Assembly: GCA_007375535.1 (NCBI GenBank)
Contig: VMEM01000003.1
Span: 32,811 to 96,810, forward strand
Direction: 5' to 3'
Origin: Parcubacteria group bacterium LiPW_41
GTDB lineage: Bacteria; Patescibacteriota; Minisyncoccia; UBA6257; GWB1-50-10
DNA: 64,000 nt
In this document: positions 20,439-29,153 of the stretch, piece after piece
Position numbering within the stretch: the stretch's first letter is position 1
Layout of the letters: each line of letters opens with the position of its first letter
Notes under the pieces: generated by a model
What the model saw: only the letters and a program-made list of their open reading frames with translations
What the model was told of the DNA's origin: nothing
Databases searched by the model: none
Made by a program: the position numbers and the translations under genes

Positions 20439-20690
20439 ATGGCAAGTCGGTATAAAGAATATTTAAGAATGAAATCAGAAAGAGAGTGGGTAATTATTCT
20501 ATTAATTGGATTTTTTCTATCTCTTCCATTGATATCAACCCTTACCTTTTTCACTCTTTTACATTTGGAGTGGAGAAGTGTAGTATTTACTTTACTGTTC
20601 TCGTCCGGTTGTTCATTTTTTCCTTATATGATCTCCACATCTTGGAGAGAATATAAGAGAATGAAAAAAGCATTTAGGCCCTCAATATGA
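20439..20690 (+). CDS. Small hypothetical two-TM membrane protein
   Basis: GAGG SD, own promoter, two hydrophobic helices, downstream hairpin. Confidence 0.6.
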   Translation: MASRYKEYLRMKSEREWVIILLIGFFLSLPLISTLTFFTLLHLEWRSVVFTLLFSSGCSFFPYMISTSWREYKRMKKAFRPSI

Positions 20691-20727
20691 GGGTTCTTTT
20701 TTTGTCCTAAAATGATAGGATGAATGT

Positions 20728-21135
20728 ATGATTCGAAAGGTAATTCATTTTTTTGATAAGTTAGAAGATCATGTTCGGGGGTCTTTAAGTCATTTTCCTA
20801 TTCTTTATGCGTTTGTGGGTGGAGTTGGAGTTGTATTGTTTTGGAAGGGAGTTTGGGAGACCGCAGAACTTTTCCCATCACTTTTTGGTCCAGGTTCAAT
20901 ACTTTTGAGTGTTATCATCTTGCTTATGACAGGAGTTTTTGTTTCCTCATTTATTGGAAATGAGATTTTAATTTCGGGTTTAAAGTCACAAAAGAAAATT
21001 GCTGAAAAAACAGAAGAGGAAGTTAAAGTTGAAGAGAGTGATATAACAAAAATTTACAAAAGAACAGAGAAAATTGAGAAAGACATCGAAGAATTAAAAG
21101 AATTGATACATAAGCATTATGAAAGAAAAAATTAA
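20728..21135 (+). CDS. Conserved hypothetical membrane protein (CPR-type)
   Basis: FFDKLED.VR..LS..P..YA..GG.G.VLFW.GVW, FVS.FIG.EI..SGLK..KK..EKTE. Confidence 0.75.
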   Translation: MIRKVIHFFDKLEDHVRGSLSHFPILYAFVGGVGVVLFWKGVWETAELFPSLFGPGSILLSVIILLMTGVFVSSFIGNEILISGLKSQKKIAEKTEEEVKVEESDITKIYKRTEKIEKDIEELKELIHKHYERKN

Positions 21136-21700
21136 TACAAAAAAACGTATTACGTTGTTTATTATTGCATTACTCATTGTTGGTGTTGGGGTTGTTGCTG
21201 TTTCTCGATATGAAACACGACGAATGATAGAAAAAATTACAAAAGAAGAAATTTCGAAAAATCGTGCGACAGTAGGTGATGATCTTGTTGGGGGAGCTGG
21301 GAATACAATGCAGGTTTCCGTATTTTTTCAAAATCCAATTTTGGCGAATGATCCTGATTTAATTGACTGCGGAAAGGTTTTTTCTGTAGTACGAACCGTA
21401 GAAAAAGTTCCTGGTGTCGCACGACAAGCACTTCAAGAATTATTACTTGGACCAACTGAGACAGAACGTGGTGCCGGGTATCAAACTGCAATTTCGAAAG
21501 AAATTGGATTACATATTGATTCAGTGAATCTTAATGATGGAGTTCTTACTATTGAATTTAATCGCTCGCCTTTTTTGGGTGGTTCGTGTGCGCTTGCAGG
21601 AGTTGTTTCTCAAATTCGATCTACTGCAAAACAATTTTTATCGGTGAAGGAAGTAAAAATGTTGGTAAATGGAACTGAGGAGTGGGCTATGAATCCATAG
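21119..21700 (+). CDS. GerMN (sporulation/spore germination) domain protein
   Basis: TM anchor; C.KVF.V.R, AL.ELL.GPT..E...GY.T.I, GGSC, QI..T.KQF..V. Confidence 0.8.
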   Translation: MKEKINTKKRITLFIIALLIVGVGVVAVSRYETRRMIEKITKEEISKNRATVGDDLVGGAGNTMQVSVFFQNPILANDPDLIDCGKVFSVVRTVEKVPGVARQALQELLLGPTETERGAGYQTAISKEIGLHIDSVNLNDGVLTIEFNRSPFLGGSCALAGVVSQIRSTAKQFLSVKEVKMLVNGTEEWAMNP

Positions 21701-21708
21701 TTTAACCT

Positions 21709-21877
21709 TAGCTTTGAATTACGAAATAGTTTTTGACTCTTTTTTGCCAATTTTTGTTCCGTGCAGTTTTTCGCTCCTCGCTGTATACTGCCTGTATACA
21801 GTTTCGTCGTGAGAAAACTGCACTCACTTAAAATTATCTAAAAAATAATTTGAAAACTATTTCGTAATTCAAAGCTA
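21709..21877. mobile_element. MITE-like nested inverted-repeat element, 169 bp
   Basis: Perfect 25-bp terminal IR TAGCTTTGAATTACGAAATAGTTTT (21709-21733 / 21853-21877); inner 10-bp and 8-bp IRs; no ORF. Confidence 0.7.
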
Positions 21878-21880
21878 TCT

Positions 21881-22729
21881 ATGAAAAAGATTATCATTGG
21901 GGCTCATGTTTCCACGGCTGGTGGATTATATACTGCATTTGATCGCGCTCAATTAATTGGTGCGGAGGCAGTACAGATTTTTGGCTCTTCACCACGTGCG
22001 TGGCGCGCAAAGATGCCTACTAAAGAAGAGTGTGAAAAATTTAAAAAAGAGAGGGAAAAATATTCAATTTCACACGTTTTCTTACATGCTGCATATTTGG
22101 TAAATCTTGCAAGTGGAAATAGTGATATTTTTTTGAATTCAAAACAGAGTTTAATTGACCATCTTTCAATCGCTGAGATGATTGGAGCAGATGGACTCAT
22201 TTTTCATATTGGCTCATCAAAGGGAATCACACGAAGCGAGGCACTTTTACAAGAGATTGAAGCGATGAGAGAGATTATTAGTAGGGTTCCTGGGAAGGCA
22301 AAACTTATTATGGAAAATACCGCAGGAGGAGGAGACAAGGTTGGAGATTCAATAAAAGAAATGGGTGAATTATATAAAAAAACGGGGTCAGATCGACTTG
22401 GAATTTGTTTTGATACTGCACATGCATTTGAAGCAGGGTGGGTTGAGTCGTATACAAAAGATTCGGTAAAAAAGTTATTCGATGAGTTTGATAAAGAAAT
22501 TGGAATTGAAAATCTTTGTGCAATACACGCGAATGATTCAATGACCGATTCGGGTTCGTATCATGACCGTCATGCGAATATCGGTGAGGGGAAGGTTGGA
22601 GAAACTGGATTCCGTGCATTATTTTCCGATAAACGATTGCATTCAATTCCATGGATTTTGGAAGTCCCAGGTGTTGGTGATGGGCCTGATAGAAAAAACA
22701 TTGATGAATTAAATAAAATTTTCAAATAA
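21881..22729 (+). CDS. nfo: Endonuclease IV (AP endonuclease)
   Basis: GAHVSTAGG, HAAYLVNLAS, ENTAG, CFDTAH, HANDS, DRHANIGEG, ILE.P. Confidence 0.95.
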   Translation: MKKIIIGAHVSTAGGLYTAFDRAQLIGAEAVQIFGSSPRAWRAKMPTKEECEKFKKEREKYSISHVFLHAAYLVNLASGNSDIFLNSKQSLIDHLSIAEMIGADGLIFHIGSSKGITRSEALLQEIEAMREIISRVPGKAKLIMENTAGGGDKVGDSIKEMGELYKKTGSDRLGICFDTAHAFEAGWVESYTKDSVKKLFDEFDKEIGIENLCAIHANDSMTDSGSYHDRHANIGEGKVGETGFRALFSDKRLHSIPWILEVPGVGDGPDRKNIDELNKIFK

Positions 22730-22736
22730 AAAATCT

Positions 22737-23072
22737 ATGAAGGTAGTAAATAAAACAAAAAACAAAGTTTTGCATGAAAACATAAAGGATGCAAAAACAT
22801 TTGAAGAAAAAACACGAGGACTACTGGATTCAATAAATGGAGATGCGATGATGTTTGATACCCGATGGGGGATACATACGTTTGGGATGAAGTTTCCTAT
22901 TGATTGTGCAATTTGTGATGACTCAAATAAGTTACAAGTACTAAAAACAAATATTCCAAAAAGAAGATTTTTCTTTTGGAACCCAAAGTATAAAAAGGTA
23001 TATGAATTTCCTGTCGGTACACTGGTGAGGACGGGTACAGAGGTTGGAGATGAGATAGTGGTTGAATATTAA
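22737..23072 (+). CDS. DUF192 domain protein
   Basis: A..F....GLL, IHTFGMKFPID, E...G....VGD. Confidence 0.8.
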   Translation: MKVVNKTKNKVLHENIKDAKTFEEKTRGLLDSINGDAMMFDTRWGIHTFGMKFPIDCAICDDSNKLQVLKTNIPKRRFFFWNPKYKKVYEFPVGTLVRTGTEVGDEIVVEY

Positions 23073-23111
23073 AAACGTTTCGGAATTCAAGGTGTGATAC
23101 AATTACAATTA

Positions 23112-23615
23112 ATGAACAATAAAAAAACAACATTAATTATTGTTGCACTTGTCATTGTGGGGGTTGGTATAGTCCTTTGGACTCAAACACCACGAGAGAG
23201 CGTAACACAAGAGTCACAAATACCTGAATCAAATCAACAAATACAAACATCTATGCCAGAACAAACAAATATAACAATGCAGACATTACCAAGTGGACTT
23301 CAGATTGGAGATGAGGTGGTTGGAACGGGTGCGGAAGCGGTTGCAGGAAAAATGGTGGCGGTACATTACACAGGAACGCTATTAAATGGAACGAAGTTTG
23401 ATAGTTCGCTTGATCGGGGTGAGCCATTTGAGTTTTCTTTAGGTGCTGGATATGTAATTAAAGGATGGGATGAAGGGGTTCAGGGAATGAAGGTGGGAGG
23501 AAAGAGAAAGCTTATTATTCCTTCTGATCTTGGATACGGATCTCGTGGAGCGGGGAGTGCTATTCCACCAAATGCAACATTAGTGTTTGATGTTGAACTT
23601 CTAGGAGTGAAGTAA
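23112..23615 (+). CDS. FKBP-type peptidyl-prolyl isomerase, membrane anchored
   Basis: VHYTGTL.NG.KFDSS.DRG.PF.F.LG...[21 protein letters not shown]. Confidence 0.95.
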   Translation: MNNKKTTLIIVALVIVGVGIVLWTQTPRESVTQESQIPESNQQIQTSMPEQTNITMQTLPSGLQIGDEVVGTGAEAVAGKMVAVHYTGTLLNGTKFDSSLDRGEPFEFSLGAGYVIKGWDEGVQGMKVGGKRKLIIPSDLGYGSRGAGSAIPPNATLVFDVELLGVK

Positions 23616-23640
23616 AAAAATCCCCACATCTGTGGGGATT
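23614..23640. terminator. Terminator hairpin; T tract lies on the minus strand
   Basis: AAAAAAATCCCCACA-tc-TGTGGGGATT. Confidence 0.75.
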
Positions 23641-23950
23641 AAACATATAAAAACAAACTTTGGTTTTGGTTTAGCTTATGCTCTCTTTTTCGCTCGTTAG
23701 AACTTAGTTTTGAGATCGCATAGATTCGGGTTGTTTTTGTGCGCACAACAACAACCTTACTTGGGAATTACACTTTTCGTAGAAGGGTAAAACAACGAGA
23801 AGATACCTTTTTACTTAGTAATCCCACAACCCCACTATTCAGTGGTTTTTCTAACTATGGTCGGTTCGTTAGTCCGCATAGACGCTCTTTCCTTTCGAGG
23901 GAAATCGATTGTACTCTTTCTTCCATTTCCAAAGCTTATTTCAAGAAACT
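23641..23950 (-). ncRNA. Candidate structured non-coding RNA (unassigned)
   Basis: Own minus-strand promoter (TTGACA 23979-84, TAGAAT 23957-62), terminator at 23614-23640, several hairpins, no convincing ORF. Confidence 0.45.
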
Positions 23951-24040
23951 GTTTTTATTCTAATTTTTGTTTGGTATTTGTCAACTCATGTATTCCTTGA
24001 TAGGATGACGATAGAAAGTTAATAACAACTGGAGAAAATT

Positions 24041-24553
24041 ATGAAAGAGTCAGAAATGAAATTTGAGGTAAAGGATTTTAGTCGCGTTAAAGAGCGTCTT
24101 GAAGCAATTGGCGCAAGACTTATTTGGAAGGGAATGGAAGAAACACAATATTACGATTTCCGTAATGGATCTTTAAAAGATCGTGGTATTTCGTTGCGCA
24201 TACGAGATCGAAAAAAAATAATTTTTATAACCTGTAAGCGTGATTTAAAAAATGGTGCAAATACAAAAAATCGCGATGAGTTTGAAATCACTATTACCGA
24301 CAAAAAACAAGTGGAGGGTATTCTTAATTGTCTTGATTTGGTTCCAAAGTTTTTTTACAAAAAACGAAGAGAACATTGGGAAATTAACAAAAACACTCAT
24401 GTTGAATTGGATGAACTCGAAACTGGGCAGAAGTTTGTTGAGATTGAGGGTTCGGAACGAAACATTATCAAATTTTCAAAAGTGCTTGATGTATTTGACT
24501 GCCCAAAGTCATTCAAGTCATATCCAGAGATTTTAAAAGAAAAAAGGAAATAA
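24041..24553 (+). CDS. CYTH-domain protein (class IV adenylate cyclase-like)
   Basis: ExExKF N-terminus, LRIR, RDEFE, K.RE.W, ELD, F.EIEG, SY.E. Confidence 0.85.
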   Translation: MKESEMKFEVKDFSRVKERLEAIGARLIWKGMEETQYYDFRNGSLKDRGISLRIRDRKKIIFITCKRDLKNGANTKNRDEFEITITDKKQVEGILNCLDLVPKFFYKKRREHWEINKNTHVELDELETGQKFVEIEGSERNIIKFSKVLDVFDCPKSFKSYPEILKEKRK

Positions 24554-24623
24554 CAATCCCGCCCCCCATTGGGGCGGATTTTTTACTTGAGATTTTGTTC
24601 AGTCGGTGGTTAAGTGAGTAGGT

Positions 24624-25844
24624 ATGGATTTTTTTACTATCACTACACGTGATAAAAAAACAAAAGCAAGAGTTGGAATGTTAAAGACTTCACATGGTGG
24701 CGTAGCTGAGACTCCGTCATATGTTGTTGTTGGAACTCGTGCAAAGGTTAAAACGTTAACCACAGAAGATATAAAGAAATCAAAAACGCAGATGATAATT
24801 TCAAATACATATCATCTGTTTCGTGAGCTTGGAGATTCAGTGAAAGAATTTGAAGGGTTGCATAGCCGATTAGGATTTGATGGAGTTGTTATGACAGATT
24901 CCGGTGGTTTTCAGGTGTTCTCACTTGGGTTTTCAAGGGAGCACAATGTTTCGAAAGTTGGTTTTTTTTCTCACAAAAAAAATAGTTTTGTCGCGGATCT
25001 CATTTTGGCATTGCGTGCGAAAATTGGTTTGAGAAACAAAAGGAATTCAGTACGTATAACAAACAACGGGGCTTGGTTCAAAGATGAATCATATAGTGAT
25101 AAAAAACCAATTTTTCTTACTCCAGAAAAATCAATTGAAATACAAGAGTCTCTTGGTGCTGATATTATTCTTGCATTCGATGAATGCACATCTCCAAAAC
25201 ACGGATTTTGGTATAACAAGTGGGCAATGATTCGTACTCACCGATGGGCGCTTCGATGTATAAAAGCAAAAAAGAAAAATTCACAGGCATTATATGGAAT
25301 AGTTCAAGGTGGAGACTATGAAGAATTACGAAAAGAAAGCGCTCGTGTAATTGGTAAGATGCCTTTTGATGGATTTGCTATTGGTGGTTCTTTTGGGAAA
25401 GAAGAAATGAGAAATGTTATTGATTGGAGTGTTCCATTTTTACCAGAGGAAAAACCAAGACACCTTTTAGGAGTTGGACGAATCGAAGATATTCTTGATG
25501 GTGTTGAGAGGGGCATTGATACATTTGATTGTGTTATCCCAACACGAGAAGGGCGACATGGGGGAATTTGGACCAAGAAGGGGAGGTATGACGTAACAAA
25601 AACAAAATTTTTAGGAAATAATGAATTATTAGAAAACGGGTGTATGTGTCCCGCGTGTAGTTCTGGGATTACAAAAGGAGTGTTGTGTAATCTTTTTAAA
25701 GAAAAAAATGAAGAAGCGGGGCGATATGCGACGCTGCACAATGTATTTTTTTTCAATTCGTTTATGGAGCATCTTCGTACATCAATAAAAAATGGAACAT
25801 TTTCCGAATTTAAAAAACAGGTTTTACTAGATTTGCATTTATAA
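24624..25844 (+). CDS. tgt: tRNA-guanine transglycosylase
   Basis: NTYHL, TDSGGFQVFSL, DEC, GIVQGG, PRHLLGVG, FDCV.PTR, CxCxxC and HN zinc ligands. Confidence 0.95.
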   Translation: MDFFTITTRDKKTKARVGMLKTSHGGVAETPSYVVVGTRAKVKTLTTEDIKKSKTQMIISNTYHLFRELGDSVKEFEGLHSRLGFDGVVMTDSGGFQVFSLGFSREHNVSKVGFFSHKKNSFVADLILALRAKIGLRNKRNSVRITNNGAWFKDESYSDKKPIFLTPEKSIEIQESLGADIILAFDECTSPKHGFWYNKWAMIRTHRWALRCIKAKKKNSQALYGIVQGGDYEELRKESARVIGKMPFDGFAIGGSFGKEEMRNVIDWSVPFLPEEKPRHLLGVGRIEDILDGVERGIDTFDCVIPTREGRHGGIWTKKGRYDVTKTKFLGNNELLENGCMCPACSSGITKGVLCNLFKEKNEEAGRYATLHNVFFFNSFMEHLRTSIKNGTFSEFKKQVLLDLHL

Positions 25845-25847
25845 TGA

Positions 25848-25956
25848 ATCCCGTTAGAAAACGGAACATTCATAAATAGTCTACTAATATGTATGTATGC
25901 AAAAACAAATAACAAAAATGTCGAATAACCAAAATTGTCAGGTCTTCTAACGGGAT
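25848..25956. repeat. CCCGTTAG-family inverted-repeat element, copy 1 (ends on the queA ATG)
   Basis: ATCCCGTTAGAA (25848-59) ... TTCTAACGGGAT (25945-56). Confidence 0.9.
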
Positions 25957-26974
25957 GAATCAGTATTTTTATGAATTGCCACGTGAGCTAATTGCACAAA
26001 AACCGGCAGAACCAAGAGATTCTTCACGTTTATTTGTGTACGATACAAAAACGGATGAAATTTTTTTTGATGTATTTCGAAATTGTGGAGAATATATTCC
26101 TTCGGGGAGTACATTAATTCTTAATAAGACAAAGGTTGTTCCTGCCCGTGTCTACATGGAAAAGGAAACTGGTGGAAAGATTGAGGTGTTATTTTTAATA
26201 AATGAATATGGAGGTGGAAAAGAGTTCTTGGTGATTGTGGATAGGAAATTAATAATTGGGCAGAAGTTATTTTTTCCCAATAGAAAAGCATTTGAAGTTA
26301 TTGATCAGAAGGATCAGTTTTTTACATTGAAATGTCTTTTTGATGAAAGTGAGATTTTTTCATTATTGGAAATATTCGGGACCACACCAATACCGAAATA
26401 TATACATGAACACAATCTTTCCGAATCGGTAATTAAAGATCGCTATCAAAGTATTTTCGCTGAAACGCCTGCTTCAATTGCGGCGCCAACGGCCTCATTA
26501 CATTTCACTAACGAAGTATTTGAATCGTTAAAAAAGAAGGACGTTATAACAGCGGAAATTCTCTTACATGTTGGTATGGGAACTTTTGCTCCAGTGAGTG
26601 ATGTTCAGATTCAGAGCGGAATGTTGCATAAGGAGTGGTATTCGATTCCAAAAGAGACTGAAGAAGTGATAAAGCTTTGCTCACAAAAATCCATCATTCC
26701 TGTTGGGACCACTGCAATGCGTGCATTGGAGTCGTTTGCAAAAACAGAAAAAAATGAAGGTATAACCAACTTATTTATAAAAAGGCCATTTCAATTCAGA
26801 GTTGCTTCTGGTCTTATCACTAATTTTCACGTTCCAGAGTCATCACTTATGTTTCTTGTTGATGCATTTCTAGAGTATAAGCATTCAAAACGAACAATTC
26901 TTGATTTATATAAAATTGCAATAAAGGAGAAGTTCCGTTTTTATTCATTTGGGGATGCGATGTACATAAAGTAG
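25955..26974 (+). CDS. queA: S-adenosylmethionine:tRNA ribosyltransferase-isomerase
   Basis: LP.ELIAQ.P.EPRD.SRL, N.TKV.PAR, AAPTA.LHF, LHVG.GTF, VGTT..R.LES, TNFH.P.S, FYSFGDAM. Confidence 0.95.
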   Translation: MNQYFYELPRELIAQKPAEPRDSSRLFVYDTKTDEIFFDVFRNCGEYIPSGSTLILNKTKVVPARVYMEKETGGKIEVLFLINEYGGGKEFLVIVDRKLIIGQKLFFPNRKAFEVIDQKDQFFTLKCLFDESEIFSLLEIFGTTPIPKYIHEHNLSESVIKDRYQSIFAETPASIAAPTASLHFTNEVFESLKKKDVITAEILLHVGMGTFAPVSDVQIQSGMLHKEWYSIPKETEEVIKLCSQKSIIPVGTTAMRALESFAKTEKNEGITNLFIKRPFQFRVASGLITNFHVPESSLMFLVDAFLEYKHSKRTILDLYKIAIKEKFRFYSFGDAMYIK

Positions 26975-26989
26975 TACTACAATAGATAG

Positions 26990-27826
26990 GTGAAGAGATT
27001 GTCTTTATTTCTATTGTCTTTTTTTGTGCCATTGTTGGTTTTTGGTTCTGTGAAACCGTCCCTTACGTTGTCTACGAACGTCCCATATCAAGGAGATGTT
27101 GTGAAGGTAACACTTCGTAATGCGGAAATTAAATCAGCAACATTTAAAAAAAAGCCGATCACATTATTTCCTTTGGATGGTGCCCTTGTGGCATTTCTTC
27201 CAATTTCAGGAACTGAGATTCCTGGCGCATATACGCTAAAAACCACTTTTACTAATGGATCACTTGCAACTCGGACAATTTGGGTAAAATCAAGAAAATT
27301 TGCTCGTGTTTCACTTGGTATTCCAACGGGATCAACACTTACTCCTGCAACACTTATTGCACAATTACAAAAAGAGAAAATTGAGCTTGATAATGTAGTA
27401 AAGACAAAGACAGAAGAAGTATATTTTGAAAGCAAATTTCAGTCTCCGCTTTCGATAAAAGAAAATATTGCAAGTCCTTTTGGAGAAATACGAAAAACAG
27501 GATCGTCGATTATCCGACATTGGGGGATTGATTATAAAGCACCAAAGGGAACAGATGTTTCATCAATTTCTGGTGGTATTGTTGCAAAATCATATTTAGA
27601 TACAACGTATGGAAACACGATTATTATCAATCATGGACAGGGAGTATTTTCTCTTTATATGCATCTTGATGAACGTTTGAAAAATGAAGGGGATACAGTT
27701 TCAAAAGGTGAAATAATTGGACGTGTTGGAAATACAGGATATTCATTTGGTCCACATCTTCACCTTTCTTTGAAAATTAATGGTGTTTCTGTAGATCCAC
27801 AGAAATTTATTGGTTTAATGAAATAG
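26990..27826 (+). CDS. M23 family metallopeptidase, exported
   Basis: HWGIDY (HxxxD), Y.HL, GNTGYSFGPHLH. Confidence 0.9.
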   Translation: MKRLSLFLLSFFVPLLVFGSVKPSLTLSTNVPYQGDVVKVTLRNAEIKSATFKKKPITLFPLDGALVAFLPISGTEIPGAYTLKTTFTNGSLATRTIWVKSRKFARVSLGIPTGSTLTPATLIAQLQKEKIELDNVVKTKTEEVYFESKFQSPLSIKENIASPFGEIRKTGSSIIRHWGIDYKAPKGTDVSSISGGIVAKSYLDTTYGNTIIINHGQGVFSLYMHLDERLKNEGDTVSKGEIIGRVGNTGYSFGPHLHLSLKINGVSVDPQKFIGLMK

Positions 27827-27877
27827 TAGTGTTTTCATTTTGCAATCTTATAACTCTCGGTGTACACTATTTCTTGT

Positions 27878-29149
27878 ATGAAATATGAGCGAAATCGCTT
27901 AAAACTTTTTTTGTCGCTTATTGTGGTTGCTTCAATTGTCGCCGGTGTGTTTGCATATGAGCCGGTTTGGCAAAAAATAAGTGGAGCACGACCATGGAAT
28001 TTAGGATTAGATCTTGCGGGAGGAACACTTCTCACGTATGAAATAGATCTTTCCCAAGTAAAAGATGCAGACAGAGATGCGGTAGCACGAGGACTTCGTG
28101 ACGTTATTGAAAAACGTGTCAATTTATTTGGAGTGAGCGAACCAAAAGTATATGGAGAAAAAGTAGGGGAATCCAATCGACTTGTAGTAGAGCTTGCAGG
28201 AATAAAAGATGTTGATCAGGCAGTGAAAATGATCGGAGAGACTCCGTTCTTAGAGTTTCGTGAGATTCAAGAGGAGAAACTTCCAAACGGATCAAGTACT
28301 GCCGCATTTATCCCAACAGCACTTAATGGACGTTTTGTTACTCGTGCATCTTTGGGAAGGGATCCACAGACAAATGTAATAGAAATTAATTTTTCTTTGA
28401 ACGAAGAAGGTGCAAGTCATTTTGAACAAATAACAGGGAAAAATATTGGAAAACCAATTTGTTTGTTTCTTGATGGGCAACCAATCATTCCGGATGACAT
28501 AAACGATAGCTGTCCAAATGTACAATCAAAAATTTCTGGAGGAAATGCTCGCATTACCGGTCAGTTTTCTGTAGATCGTGCAAAGCAAATTGTTGAACGT
28601 TTCAATGCTGGGGCATTGCCAGCTCCAGTGAAGCTTATCAACCAGCAGACAATTGGTGCTGACTTTGGTAAGGATTCATTGAATAAAGCAATATTTGCTG
28701 GAGCGATTGGAACTCTTATCGTGATGTTGTTTATGATGGGGTATTACCGAAAACTTGGAGTATTCGCTGCGATAGCACTTCTTTTTTACGTTGCTCTTAC
28801 GCTTGGAATATTCAAGCTTCTAGGGGTGACAATGACGCTTTCAGGTATTGCAGGATTTATTCTTTCTATTGGTATGGCGGTTGACGCAAATATTTTGGTG
28901 TTTGAGCGAACAAATGAAGAATTTAAGAAGGGCCTTTCGCATCCTGTAGCAATTAATGAAGGATTTCATCGCGCATGGACGTCAATTAGAGATTCAAACA
29001 TATCGACCATGATTACGTCTGGAGTGCTTTATTTCTTCACCTCTGGGTTTGTGCAGGGATTTGCTCTTACGCTTTTTGTTGGAGTTGTCGTAAGCATGTT
29101 TAGTGCAATTACTACGACACGCATGATGCTTAAAGTTTTTGTTAAATAA
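27878..29149 (+). CDS. secD: Protein translocase subunit SecD
   Basis: LGLDL.GG, RVN.FGVSEP, GALP, IGMAVDANIL.FER. Confidence 0.96.
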   Translation: MKYERNRLKLFLSLIVVASIVAGVFAYEPVWQKISGARPWNLGLDLAGGTLLTYEIDLSQVKDADRDAVARGLRDVIEKRVNLFGVSEPKVYGEKVGESNRLVVELAGIKDVDQAVKMIGETPFLEFREIQEEKLPNGSSTAAFIPTALNGRFVTRASLGRDPQTNVIEINFSLNEEGASHFEQITGKNIGKPICLFLDGQPIIPDDINDSCPNVQSKISGGNARITGQFSVDRAKQIVERFNAGALPAPVKLINQQTIGADFGKDSLNKAIFAGAIGTLIVMLFMMGYYRKLGVFAAIALLFYVALTLGIFKLLGVTMTLSGIAGFILSIGMAVDANILVFERTNEEFKKGLSHPVAINEGFHRAWTSIRDSNISTMITSGVLYFFTSGFVQGFALTLFVGVVVSMFSAITTTRMMLKVFVK

Positions 29150-29153
29150 CAAT

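Noticed and set aside
23739-23963. Plus-strand 74-aa ORF in the FKBP-CYTH spacer
   Set aside because: GTG start without SD or promoter and no recognisable motif; the promoter and terminator signals point to the minus strand
25316-25915. Minus-strand 199-aa ORF, and similar long antisense ORFs such as 45455-46114 and 40823-41242
   Set aside because: Overlap well-supported + strand genes and lack protein-like features
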